DNA of 32,000 nucleotides from the NCBI GenBank assembly GCA_964565725.1, contig CAZMGA010000003.1, positions 8,300 to 40,299 on the forward strand. Reading direction: 5' to 3'. The DNA comes from an uncultured archaeon (GTDB lineage Archaea > Iainarchaeota > Iainarchaeia > Iainarchaeales > 0-14-0-20-30-16). The notes below the pieces were generated by a model. The model saw only the letters and a list, made by a program, of their open reading frames with translations. It did no database searches and was not told where the DNA came from. Positions 1 to 8,487 of the stretch are shown piece after piece; the stretch's first letter is position 1; each line of letters begins with the position of its first letter. Both the position numbers and the translations under genes were made by a program.

Positions 1-549
1 CAAGATTTTACAGAAGAAATAAATTGTTATCTAGTTAATGAAGATGTTTTTACTGCAGGATTTGCAGTAGGTGGCGCAAATGTATATATTAAAATATTTG
101 ATATTAATGGAGAATCTGCAACTTATTTATTAAATTATTTGGCTGATACTAATGGTTTAAATATTATTCAAACATTAGATTTTTCATTAAGTGTTGATGA
201 TATGTATGGAATTGTTTATAGTGGTGCAACAGGAGATGAAAACGTTCCATTTTTCAATTACGAAACAGATTCAAATTATATTTCTATTGTAAATGAAAGT
301 AATGTTAGTGTAGATTTAAATTTTTCTCACACTAATTTAGTAGACGATTCTAATGTTGATAATATAATTGATAAAAAATATATCCATGCAGATAATTCAA
401 AAGATATAAATTTTGAATCAGGATCTGTTATTGGGGGTAGTTTAGATAGACAAGAAGGAATGAATTTAAGAACTGTATTGGACATTCCTGAAGGAACTCA
501 TTCTGGTAGTTATTCTGGAACTATGGGTATAGGTATATCTGCAAATTAG
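1..549 (+). CDS. Secreted surface protein, C-terminal part (5' end outside window); carries the same C-terminal module as the 877-aa LamG protein
   Basis: Frame 1 is open from nt 1 and continues in-frame into track ORF 139..549, whose TTG is only the first permitted start. Stop is TAG 547-549. The last ~180 aa align by eye with the C-terminus of ORF 2550..5183 (GGANVYIKIFDINGESATYLLNY vs GGADIYFKISDYSGESVTYELNY; terminal GSYSGTMGIGI vs GEYTGSFSFEI). Confidence 0.6.
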   Translation, partial: QDFTEEINCYLVNEDVFTAGFAVGGANVYIKIFDINGESATYLLNYLADTNGLNIIQTLDFSLSVDDMYGIVYSGATGDENVPFFNYETDSNYISIVNESNVSVDLNFSHTNLVDDSNVDNIIDKKYIHADNSKDINFESGSVIGGSLDRQEGMNLRTVLDIPEGTHSGSYSGTMGIGISAN

Positions 550-557
550 GTAATTTT

Positions 558-1163
558 ATGAATAAATATTTTTCATTATTAATAGGATTAATAATTTTAA
601 GTTCATGTGTTTCAGCATTAGCGTGTGTTGGTTTAGGTGGTGGAGGCTATACTGTATTGGCTGCAAAAGAACAACCCTCTTTTATAACCTATACTGTTTT
701 TAACAATGATTCTGAAAATACTTGTGATGCTGGGAAATATTTTTTAGAATTATCTATAGATAATGAAGATATCCAAAAAGTATTTGATTATAAAATTTCT
801 GATGAAGATTTTGTATTAAAAGATGGAGAATCAAAAAGAGTATTAATAACTATAATTCCTAAATTAAAATCAGGAGAATACACAGTTAGAGTTTCAGCAT
901 TAAGAAAAGGATTAATTAATGCAAAAGATGCTACAACTGTTATGCCTAAAACAGTTAGTTCTTTTAAATTAAATATTGTAGAAGATTCAAATTTAGTTTT
1001 TCAAGAATTACCTCAATGGTATTTATATAAAAAAGAACAACAAAAAAATTTAATAATTAAAATTATTTTGTATTCTGTAATAGGAATTATTATATTGGCT
1101 TTAATTATTTATTTAGCTTTACGTTTTAAATCAAAATTTTTTAATGGCTTTAAATATAAGTGA
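558..1163 (+). CDS. Membrane-anchored beta-sandwich surface protein (signal peptide + C-terminal TM anchor)
   Basis: N-terminal signal peptide MNKYFSLLIGLIILSSC with lipobox-like LSSC. Central region ends in the pattern SKRVLITIIPKLKSGEYTVRVSA, typical of CARDB/NEW3-type Ig-like domains. C-terminal TM IIKIILYSVIGIIILALIIYLAL plus basic tail. GGTAAT-N3-ATG ribosome-binding motif. Confidence 0.6.
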   Translation: MNKYFSLLIGLIILSSCVSALACVGLGGGGYTVLAAKEQPSFITYTVFNNDSENTCDAGKYFLELSIDNEDIQKVFDYKISDEDFVLKDGESKRVLITIIPKLKSGEYTVRVSALRKGLINAKDATTVMPKTVSSFKLNIVEDSNLVFQELPQWYLYKKEQQKNLIIKIILYSVIGIIILALIIYLALRFKSKFFNGFKYK

Positions 1164-2545
1164 TATTTCTGAATAAAAAAATTTTAGTTTTATTTTGTTT
1201 TTTTTGTTTATTATCTAATTTAGGGTTTTCCGAAAAAACAATTAATGTGGGTTTAATAATTTCTAATGAACCTCCTTCCAAACCAAATATTGTGAACATA
1301 AACGATCTTTATGGCATTAATAATATTACTTTAAGTTGGTCTAGTTATGATTATGAAAACGACGATATTAAATATTTTTTACAAATGGGTTCTTTAAAAG
1401 ATTTAAATGATATTTTAGATATAAATTTAGACTCAAATTATTATAATTTAACTTTAAATATAGGTAAAGAATATTTTTATAAAATAAAAGCTTGCGACAA
1501 TTATTATGGAGATTATAACAATTGTAGTGTTTGGGCTTATGATTCATTTTATTTGTTAAGTATTATTATTAATCCTCCGTCAAGTAGAGGTGGAGGTAAT
1601 AATAAAATTATAACTAATGTATCTATTTTTGGTTGTAAAGATTTAAATGGTTTTGAATGCAATGCTAATGAAGTATGTTATGATAGCACAATAAATACTT
1701 ATGATTCGCAAAATTGTTGCTTTTCAAAATGTATTAATAAAGAATTAATTGGTAAATTATATGATTTAAATTATAATTTTCAAGATTTAAATTTAAATTC
1801 TAATTTGAATATAACTATTCCTATCTATTCCAATGAAAAAATAGATTTTATTAATAAAAGAATATTAACTGATTACGAGATAGAATATAAATTAATGTTA
1901 AAAAGGTATGGTATTTATGGTTTAAAAAATAATTATAAATATAGAAATTATGTATTTGTATCTATTACTAATATTTCTAATTTTAATTTTCAAGATGTAG
2001 ATTTAATAATAAATATACCTGAAGAATATTTATTAAATTCTGAAAATATTTCTAGTAATAATTTGTTTTCTTTTTTAGACAATAAAAATTTAAAATATAT
2101 TTTAGGGGATGTAGATACAAAACAAACAAAAACAGTAAATTATTATTTTGATTCAGACCTAAATGATTCTTTTATTTATGATGTTTTTTTAAAAATGAAA
2201 CCTCCTATAGCATTAACAAAAATGGATAAAGAAGATTTATGTTTAGGTGTTAAATGTAATGATTTAAATCCTTGCACCACTGATTTTTGTATGGAGGGTT
2301 TATGTTATTTTAGTAATTTGCCTTCTAATTATGAATGTGAAAATGGTTTTTGTAGTGAAGGTAAATGTATTCCTCAAATAGAAGAATCTAAACAATCAAG
2401 TCCAAAGTATTTAAAATACATTTTATGGGGTTTATTATTTATATTTATATTTGTAATTATTATACTATTATTTTTTAGATTATTTAAAAGAAAAAAGGAA
2501 GAACATAAATGGTATTTATTAAATAATATTAGAATTTTTAAGTGA
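1160..2545 (+). CDS. Membrane-anchored surface protein with FN3-like domain and Cys-rich CxxxNPCTxDxC module
   Basis: GTG start overlaps the upstream stop (GTGA); an alternative in-frame CTG lies at 1169. Hydrophobic signal peptide. FN3-like stretch (PPSKPNIV..ITLSWSS..DDIKYFL..YFYKIKACDN). Cys-rich CNDLNPCTTDFCMEGLC...ECENGFCSEGKC. C-terminal TM YILWGLLFIFIFVIIILLFF followed by KRKK tail. Confidence 0.65.
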   Translation: MIFLNKKILVLFCFFCLLSNLGFSEKTINVGLIISNEPPSKPNIVNINDLYGINNITLSWSSYDYENDDIKYFLQMGSLKDLNDILDINLDSNYYNLTLNIGKEYFYKIKACDNYYGDYNNCSVWAYDSFYLLSIIINPPSSRGGGNNKIITNVSIFGCKDLNGFECNANEVCYDSTINTYDSQNCCFSKCINKELIGKLYDLNYNFQDLNLNSNLNITIPIYSNEKIDFINKRILTDYEIEYKLMLKRYGIYGLKNNYKYRNYVFVSITNISNFNFQDVDLIINIPEEYLLNSENISSNNLFSFLDNKNLKYILGDVDTKQTKTVNYYFDSDLNDSFIYDVFLKMKPPIALTKMDKEDLCLGVKCNDLNPCTTDFCMEGLCYFSNLPSNYECENGFCSEGKCIPQIEESKQSSPKYLKYILWGLLFIFIFVIIILLFFRLFKRKKEEHKWYLLNNIRIFK

Positions 2546-2546
2546 T
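2542..2546 (+). promoter_or_regulatory. GTGAT-N3-ATG ribosome-binding motif with the upstream TGA stop embedded
   Basis: aaGTGATattATG; the TGA at 2543-2545 terminates ORF 1160..2545. Confidence 0.5.
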
Positions 2547-2549
2547 ATT

Positions 2550-5183
2550 ATGAAGTATATTTGTCTATTATTTTTATTTTTATTTTTATTTTTATTTTTG
2601 GGTTTTGTTTATTCTGGAACAATTGTAAATACTACAAAAGAGGATTTTGATTTAGGTGAATATGACAATACAATTTCTACTTCTGATGGTAATGTTTTAT
2701 TAGATTCGTCAAGTAATGTTTATTATAATACTGGAGAATATTTATCACAAATCTTTAATTTAAACGAATCATCTAATTTAGTAAATTTAATTTTTTCTAC
2801 TCCTGTTTTTTATAAACAAGATTTACCTAATGATGGAGATGTAGTAAAAGACATAAACATGAATGGAAATGTTTTTTTAATGCATGTTGATGATGACGCA
2901 TTAATAAAAAATGAATCTGAATTATATGGTTTAGGCCTACGTGGTGATATAACATCAACAACAGGTAAATTTGGCGATGCTTTAATTTTTGATGGTAGCA
3001 ATGATATCGCTTTTACTGATTACCTTATTCCTACAAATGAATATACTTTTTCATTATGGGTAAAAACAACAACAAATAATAGAACAATATTTTCTTTTGC
3101 AAATGACACCCCTACTGGTAGTACATATGATAGAAGGTTAGGAATTGACGGTTCTAATAAGCTAGTATATTATATTTATCCAAATTCATCAGTATCTTTA
3201 ATAGGTGCTGCTACAACAATTACTAATAATAATTGGCATCATATTGTAATTATATCTAAATTAAATAGTTCCACATCAAAATATGATCTTAATGTTTATT
3301 TGGATGGTGTTTTAGATTCTAATAAAACAGAGGTAAATTTTGGTGGTTATAATTCTTATACAAATCCTAGACTAAATATAGGTTATCAAGCAACTTATTT
3401 TTTAGGAGCTATAGATGATTTTGCATATTATAATAGAGCATTAACTATTGATGAAATTTCTTATTTATATAATTCAGGAACAGGAAACGAATTTTTAACT
3501 GATAATAGTTTAGTTGTTGGTTGGCATTTTAATGAAACTATTAACTCTATGACTTTACAAGATACATCTCCTACTCCAAAAACTTTTGTGTATCCTAGTG
3601 CTGCAAATAATTATACAGGAATATCTTATGAAGTTATAAATAATAGTTTATTTTCTCAAAATGTCACCAATTCTACTGATTATTTTATTAAAACATCACA
3701 ATTTTATCCTCCTGCCGGAGCTATGAGTATAAGCTTTTGGTTTAAAAGCATTTTAGATAGGAAAAGTTTTTTAGGTTGGGTAGGGGGTTCTCCAAATAAT
3801 AGTGTTTTTATTGAAGGTGGCTACATAAAATGGTATTATTCCAATGCATCTACTTATTTTGCTACAACTAAAACAGTTAATGATGGGAAATGGCATCATG
3901 TAGTATTTACTAGAAATAGCAGTAATTCTAGAAAAGTTTATTTAGATGGTGTTTTAAATAACAGTTCTACAACTTCTTTTACTATTAATAATGATTTTAC
4001 TACTGCGGTAATATTATATTTATTTCATAGTGCGGTATATTATGGAGGGTCTGGTTCTTTAGATGAATTGGCTATTTGGGATAGAGAAATTAGTAGTGAC
4101 GAAGCATTAAATATATATAAAAGAGGAATTAGTGATTTAAAAGTTCAAATTAGAGCTTGTGATGATTCTAGTTGTTCTTCTGATGAAGATTTTGAAGGTT
4201 CATCCGGTGAAAATTCTTATTTTAATTTGAGTGATAATAATTATGATTTATCTAGTTTTACGAATTTACAATATTTACAATATAAAGTATTTTTTGAAAC
4301 TTTAGATTTGGATGCATTAAAAAATATTTCTCCTCAATTTTTAGATGTAAATATTAATTATGTAAGTAATGTACCTCAAAATGAAAAACCAGAAATATTA
4401 GATATGAATATATGTAAAGAAAATTGTAAAAAAACGCAAATGATAGTTCCTGGAATTGATTCTTTTGTTTTGCAAATTGAGATTAATGATCCTAATGGTA
4501 ATTCAGATATAAATTGGGAATCTGCGACATTACAAATTTATACTGCTAGTGATAATAATGAAGATTCAGATGATTGGGATCATATTACTTTGAACGAATT
4601 TACATCTTCAGAAACAGAGGGCTGTGAAATAATTTCTGATATTAATTGTATTTTAATAAATGCTAATGATTTGTCTACAAAGTTTTTGAAAGGTGGTGCA
4701 GATATTTATTTTAAAATTTCAGATTATTCTGGAGAATCTGTAACTTATGAATTAAATTATTTTAAAGATGAAAACAATTTGGATATAAATGGTTTAAATA
4801 TACAAAATACAACTAGTATAAGCATAGATGTTAGTCAAGGTTATTTTTCAGGAGACCCTGGTGAAGAAAATATTCCTATAATTACAGATAAAGAAACAAA
4901 TTATATAGTAGTAGTTAACAATAGTAATAGTGATGTTAATTTATTTTTTTTAATTAATGATTTTATAGGTATAAGCGATTTTCCAATAACTGGTTTTGAA
5001 TGGAATAATTCAAATTTAGCTGTAGGCAATAATTTTGAAAATGAAAGAAACATATTAATTGAAAATTGGAATAGGGGTGCATATCCTGATTCTAATTCTC
5101 AAAATATTTATTTATGGTTAGATATGCCTCCAGTTTCTTCTGGGGAATACACTGGTAGTTTTTCTTTTGAAATTGAAAATTAG
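2550..5183 (+). CDS. Large secreted protein with two LamG/concanavalin-A-like (Laminin_G_3-type) domains and a paralogous C-terminal module
   Basis: Signal peptide MKYICLLFLFLFLFLFLGFVYSG. Two LamG-like domains at about nt 2937-3480 and 3630-4125, recognised from NNWHHIVI / GKWHHVVF, YLDGVL, and GAIDDFAYYNRALTIDEISYLYN / GSLDELAIWDREISSDEALNIYKRG. The C-terminal ~190 aa (nt 4611-5183) are homologous to ORF 1..549. GTGAT-N3-ATG motif, with the upstream TGA stop inside the motif. Confidence 0.8.
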   Translation: MKYICLLFLFLFLFLFLGFVYSGTIVNTTKEDFDLGEYDNTISTSDGNVLLDSSSNVYYNTGEYLSQIFNLNESSNLVNLIFSTPVFYKQDLPNDGDVVKDINMNGNVFLMHVDDDALIKNESELYGLGLRGDITSTTGKFGDALIFDGSNDIAFTDYLIPTNEYTFSLWVKTTTNNRTIFSFANDTPTGSTYDRRLGIDGSNKLVYYIYPNSSVSLIGAATTITNNNWHHIVIISKLNSSTSKYDLNVYLDGVLDSNKTEVNFGGYNSYTNPRLNIGYQATYFLGAIDDFAYYNRALTIDEISYLYNSGTGNEFLTDNSLVVGWHFNETINSMTLQDTSPTPKTFVYPSAANNYTGISYEVINNSLFSQNVTNSTDYFIKTSQFYPPAGAMSISFWFKSILDRKSFLGWVGGSPNNSVFIEGGYIKWYYSNASTYFATTKTVNDGKWHHVVFTRNSSNSRKVYLDGVLNNSSTTSFTINNDFTTAVILYLFHSAVYYGGSGSLDELAIWDREISSDEALNIYKRGISDLKVQIRACDDSSCSSDEDFEGSSGENSYFNLSDNNYDLSSFTNLQYLQYKVFFETLDLDALKNISPQFLDVNINYVSNVPQNEKPEILDMNICKENCKKTQMIVPGIDSFVLQIEINDPNGNSDINWESATLQIYTASDNNEDSDDWDHITLNEFTSSETEGCEIISDINCILINANDLSTKFLKGGADIYFKISDYSGESVTYELNYFKDENNLDINGLNIQNTTSISIDVSQGYFSGDPGEENIPIITDKETNYIVVVNNSNSDVNLFFLINDFIGISDFPITGFEWNNSNLAVGNNFENERNILIENWNRGAYPDSNSQNIYLWLDMPPVSSGEYTGSFSFEIEN
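2568..2597 (+). repeat. (TTATTT)x5 hexanucleotide microsatellite encoding (LF)5 in the signal-peptide h-region
   Basis: Direct reading gives tta ttt repeated five times in frame at codons 7-16 of ORF 2550..5183. Confidence 0.9.
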
Positions 5184-5191
5184 TTTATAAA
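5184..5191 (+). promoter_or_regulatory. TATA-box-like TTTATAAA 28 nt upstream of the herA ATG (leaderless-type promoter)
   Basis: It immediately follows the TAG stop of the LamG gene. There is no SD-like motif before ATG 5212. The spacing matches archaeal TATA-to-TSS distance if the transcript starts at or near the ATG. Confidence 0.4.
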
Positions 5192-5211
5192 TTCTTTTAC
5201 TTTATTTTAAT

Positions 5212-6711
5212 ATGAATTATATAGGAACTGTTTTAACATATCAAAATACCCCTTCTATTGAAAAAATATATTTTAAATTAGAAAAAGAAGAAGTGAGAGT
5301 GGGTCAATTTATAACAATTAAACATAAAGATTTGAAAATATTTGGAACTATTGTAGAAATATTTAGAGAAAATCCTTTTTTTGAACAAGTTACTTCTAAT
5401 TACGATGATTTATTATCTAAATTTCCTACAGATCAATGGCACAACACAATTATAGAAGTTAAATTGTTAGGTCAAATTTTAAATAATAAATGTGATAGAA
5501 TACATAACCCTCCATTTTCGGGTTCAAAAGTTTATTTTGCAAAAGCAGAAGAAATAAAATTGTTCTTGGGATTAAATAATGATGGGCTTTATTTAGGTAA
5601 TATTGAAGGGCAAGAAAATATAGATATTAAAATAAATATGTCTAAATTAATTCAAAAACATTTGGCAATATTGGCTATGTCTGGGGCTGGTAAATCTTAT
5701 ACTGTTTCAGTATTGTTAGAGGAATTATTAGATATTCCTAAAAATAAAGGTCCTGTGGGTATTATTTTATTTGATATTCATGGAGAATATAAAAGTTTTG
5801 CAGAAGTTTCTGATAAAGATCATAAAAGTTATCATAACCTTACAAAGTATTTTGATGCCGCAAATATGAAATTTGGGGTGCATTCTTTAGATTCTTTGTT
5901 GTTTAAATTTATTGGTAATTTAAGTGAAGTACAACAAAGAGAATTAAATTTAGTAATTAAAGAGTTTAAAAGTGGAGACGATTTTAAAGTATTTGATTTT
6001 AAAGATTTGATAAAATTTATAGATGAAAAAGAAATTAAAAAAAATGTAAAAGATCCTTTATTGGACACACTTTGTCAAATTGAAGAAACAAAGTTATTTG
6101 CAAAAACAAGTACATTTAATATTTTAAATTTAGTAGAACCAGGAAAACTTACAATAGTTGATTTATCAAATGTTTTAAATATGAGTCATAAGCAAATGAT
6201 TGTAGCTTATATTTCTAACAAATTATTTGATTTGAGAAGATTAAATAAAATAAGTCCTTTTTTAATTGTTTTAGAAGAGGCACATAATTTTATTCCTCAA
6301 ACAGGTTCTAGTGAATATATGAAAGCTAGGCCTATATTTGAAACAATAGCTAGAGAAGGTAGAAAATTTGGAGCTTCACTATGTTTGGTATCTCAAAGAC
6401 CTGTTAATTTATATACTTCTGTTTTAAGTCAATGTAATACTCATTTGTTATTAAGAATAATTAATCCTAATGATTTAAAACACATTTTAGAATCTTCAGA
6501 AGGTTTAGATAATAATAATATAAAATTAATTACAGGTTTGAATGTAGGAGAGGCATTAATGGTGGGTTCTGCTGTAAAATACCCTGTTTTTTTTAAAGTG
6601 AGGCCTAAAAAATCAGCAGATAATAAATATGAAAAAGATTTAGAAACTATGTCTTTAGAATTTATTGAAAAACAAGAAAATAATGACAAAGATTTAGATT
6701 TGTACATGTGA
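5212..6711 (+). CDS. herA: HerA-type (DUF87/FtsK-HerA superfamily) hexameric ATPase
   Basis: N-terminal HAS-barrel-like segment (IGTVL...VRVGQFITIKHKDLKIFGTIVEI). Walker A AILAMSGAGKSYT. Walker B FLIVLEEAHNF. REGRKFGASLCLVSQRP and NTHLLLRIINPND motifs typical of HerA. Length of 499 aa fits. Confidence 0.8.
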   Translation: MNYIGTVLTYQNTPSIEKIYFKLEKEEVRVGQFITIKHKDLKIFGTIVEIFRENPFFEQVTSNYDDLLSKFPTDQWHNTIIEVKLLGQILNNKCDRIHNPPFSGSKVYFAKAEEIKLFLGLNNDGLYLGNIEGQENIDIKINMSKLIQKHLAILAMSGAGKSYTVSVLLEELLDIPKNKGPVGIILFDIHGEYKSFAEVSDKDHKSYHNLTKYFDAANMKFGVHSLDSLLFKFIGNLSEVQQRELNLVIKEFKSGDDFKVFDFKDLIKFIDEKEIKKNVKDPLLDTLCQIEETKLFAKTSTFNILNLVEPGKLTIVDLSNVLNMSHKQMIVAYISNKLFDLRRLNKISPFLIVLEEAHNFIPQTGSSEYMKARPIFETIAREGRKFGASLCLVSQRPVNLYTSVLSQCNTHLLLRIINPNDLKHILESSEGLDNNNIKLITGLNVGEALMVGSAVKYPVFFKVRPKKSADNKYEKDLETMSLEFIEKQENNDKDLDLYM

Positions 6712-6712
6712 T
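6708..6712 (+). promoter_or_regulatory. GTGAT-N3-ATG ribosome-binding motif with the herA TGA stop embedded
   Basis: atGTGATgttATG; the TGA at 6709-6711 terminates herA. Confidence 0.5.
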
Positions 6713-6715
6713 GTT

Positions 6716-7240
6716 ATGAAAATATTAATTACAGGAATTCCAGGTGTTGGAAAGACAACAATTGCTAAAAATTTATCTAAACATTTGAAATTAAAATATT
6801 TTTGTGATAAACAATTTATAAATAAAAACAATTCTATTAAAAGTAAAGAATATGGTTTAGAAATAAAAACAGTTGATTTAGAAAATTTTTGTAAAGATTT
6901 TAATAAGTTTAAAAAAGGTAAAGATTTTATTATAGAAGGGTTATTATTGCCTTATTGTTTATCGGGGTTAAAAATTAATTTTGACTATATTTTTATTTTA
7001 AATTTAAATAATAAGGAGTTAATTAAGAGATTAAAAAAAAGAAAATACCCTTTATTAAAAATTGAAGACAATCTATTTATTCAAGATAATGATTTAATAT
7101 TAAAAGAAATTGCAAATCAAATAAAAGCATTAAATCCTAAGCAAAAGCCTATAATTATAAATATAGATTTAAAAGGTAATCTAAAAGAAGATAAAATTCC
7201 TATTTATTGGTTTTTTGACGCTCTAAATCCTAAAAAATAG
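6716..7240 (+). CDS. Fap7/AK6-like P-loop kinase (putative adenylate kinase / ribosome-maturation NTPase)
   Basis: MKILITGIPGVGKTTIAKNL Walker A at the extreme N-terminus. FIIEGLL and FILNLNNKELIKRLKKRKYPLLKIEDNL resemble the Fap7 core and lid motifs (R..RGY...K..EN). ~174 aa. GTGAT-N3-ATG coupled to the HerA stop. Confidence 0.6.
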   Translation: MKILITGIPGVGKTTIAKNLSKHLKLKYFCDKQFINKNNSIKSKEYGLEIKTVDLENFCKDFNKFKKGKDFIIEGLLLPYCLSGLKINFDYIFILNLNNKELIKRLKKRKYPLLKIEDNLFIQDNDLILKEIANQIKALNPKQKPIIINIDLKGNLKEDKIPIYWFFDALNPKK

Positions 7241-7302
7241 CAAAGAATATATATATTTAATTATGATATTTATTATAATAGAAATGCTTTAGAGTGATAT
7301 TT

Positions 7303-8472
7303 GTGCGTAGATTTATATTTTTATTATTATCTTTATTTGTTTTTTCAGGTATTTCCGCATTAGAATTCCCTGGTTTGATTTACAATTTTGATGAATTAGG
7401 CGTACCTTTAGAATTTAATCAGGGTCTTTGTTATAACTTTGTAGATTTAAATTATGATGCTATAAATGATTATGAGGGTATTTTAGGTTTAATTTTACAT
7501 TTTAAAACAATATCAAAAGATAGTGCTATTTATTTTAAAGATGGAAATGAAATAATAACTTACAACAATATTTTTGGGTCTAATATTAGTACAAAATATT
7601 TTGTAGAGGATTCTCAAGAAAAATATTTATATGTAGATTTGGAATCAGTTAGGGATTTAGAATATTTGACAATGTGTAGTGTATCTCAAAATAAAATTTA
7701 CTTTTTAGGAGATTCACAAATAGGTAGTTATAAAATACCTTATTTTGGATCTAACTTTAAAAAAGAATTTGTGAATAAATCTTATAAATTAAATGAAAAA
7801 ACACCTGTTAAAATTACTCTGAAAAATACAGGTTATGATACTGCCAAAGTTTTTGTTTTTTATGATAATGAATTATTTAAGGATTGGTTTAAATTAAAAA
7901 ATGGAACTCCTTCTTTAAATGAAAATATTTTGCCAAATGTAGAGAGATCTATAACATATAATGTAGTACCATTAACTGATAAAATGTTTACTGTATCTCC
8001 TGCTGTTTTACATTATAATTATAATGGTTATAATTTTGAAATTTATTCTAATTCATTAATTTCAAATGCTCGTTTATATTTAGATGAAATATTTGTAGAT
8101 TTATCAGTAAGCAAAGAAAGTTTTGATATTAATGAAGCAGGTTTAATAGATTTAGATATTATTAATGATAGTAATAATTCTAAAATGGTAAGAATGGAAA
8201 TTAAAGGATTATCTAATTTTGGGTTAAATGAATATCAAGATTTAAATTTAGGTCCTTTCGAAGAAAAGAGAATTCAATATACTATTACTAGTAATGAAAG
8301 CAAAATTGTTAATTTAGATGTTTATTTACATGCTAATGATTCAAATAAAGAATATGCTTATAAAACAATTTATTTTGGAAAAAATATTCAAAACTATAAT
8401 ATAATTTATGTTATTTTTGCAATAGTATTAATTTTAGGAATTATAGTTTATTATAGATATGGATTAAAATAA
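7303..8472 (+). CDS. Membrane-anchored surface protein with two CARDB-like beta-sandwich regions
   Basis: Track ORF starts at GTG 7294, but that GTG is part of a GTGAT motif. The in-frame GTG at 7303 gives MRRFIFLLLSLFVFSGISA, a typical signal peptide. KTPVKITLKNTGYDTAKVFVFYDN and LIDLDIINDSNNSKMVRMEIKG resemble CARDB-type strands. C-terminal TM IIYVIFAIVLILGIIVYY. Confidence 0.6.
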   Translation: MRRFIFLLLSLFVFSGISALEFPGLIYNFDELGVPLEFNQGLCYNFVDLNYDAINDYEGILGLILHFKTISKDSAIYFKDGNEIITYNNIFGSNISTKYFVEDSQEKYLYVDLESVRDLEYLTMCSVSQNKIYFLGDSQIGSYKIPYFGSNFKKEFVNKSYKLNEKTPVKITLKNTGYDTAKVFVFYDNELFKDWFKLKNGTPSLNENILPNVERSITYNVVPLTDKMFTVSPAVLHYNYNGYNFEIYSNSLISNARLYLDEIFVDLSVSKESFDINEAGLIDLDIINDSNNSKMVRMEIKGLSNFGLNEYQDLNLGPFEEKRIQYTITSNESKIVNLDVYLHANDSNKEYAYKTIYFGKNIQNYNIIYVIFAIVLILGIIVYYRYGLK

Positions 8473-8487
8473 AAAATTAAATTTTTT
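8471..8487. terminator. Possible bidirectional oligo-T terminator (AAAAAATTAAATTTTTT) between convergent genes
   Basis: An A6 run and a T6 run flank the 4-nt gap between the convergent stops at 8472 and 8477. Each strand therefore presents a T6 tract just after its stop, which is the usual archaeal termination signal. Confidence 0.35.

Noticed and set aside
139-549. Track ORF 139-549 treated as a complete 136-aa gene.
   Set aside because: The frame is open from nt 1 and the upstream residues continue the homology to the LamG protein's C-terminal module. The TTG at 139 is just the first allowed start codon in a 5'-truncated gene.
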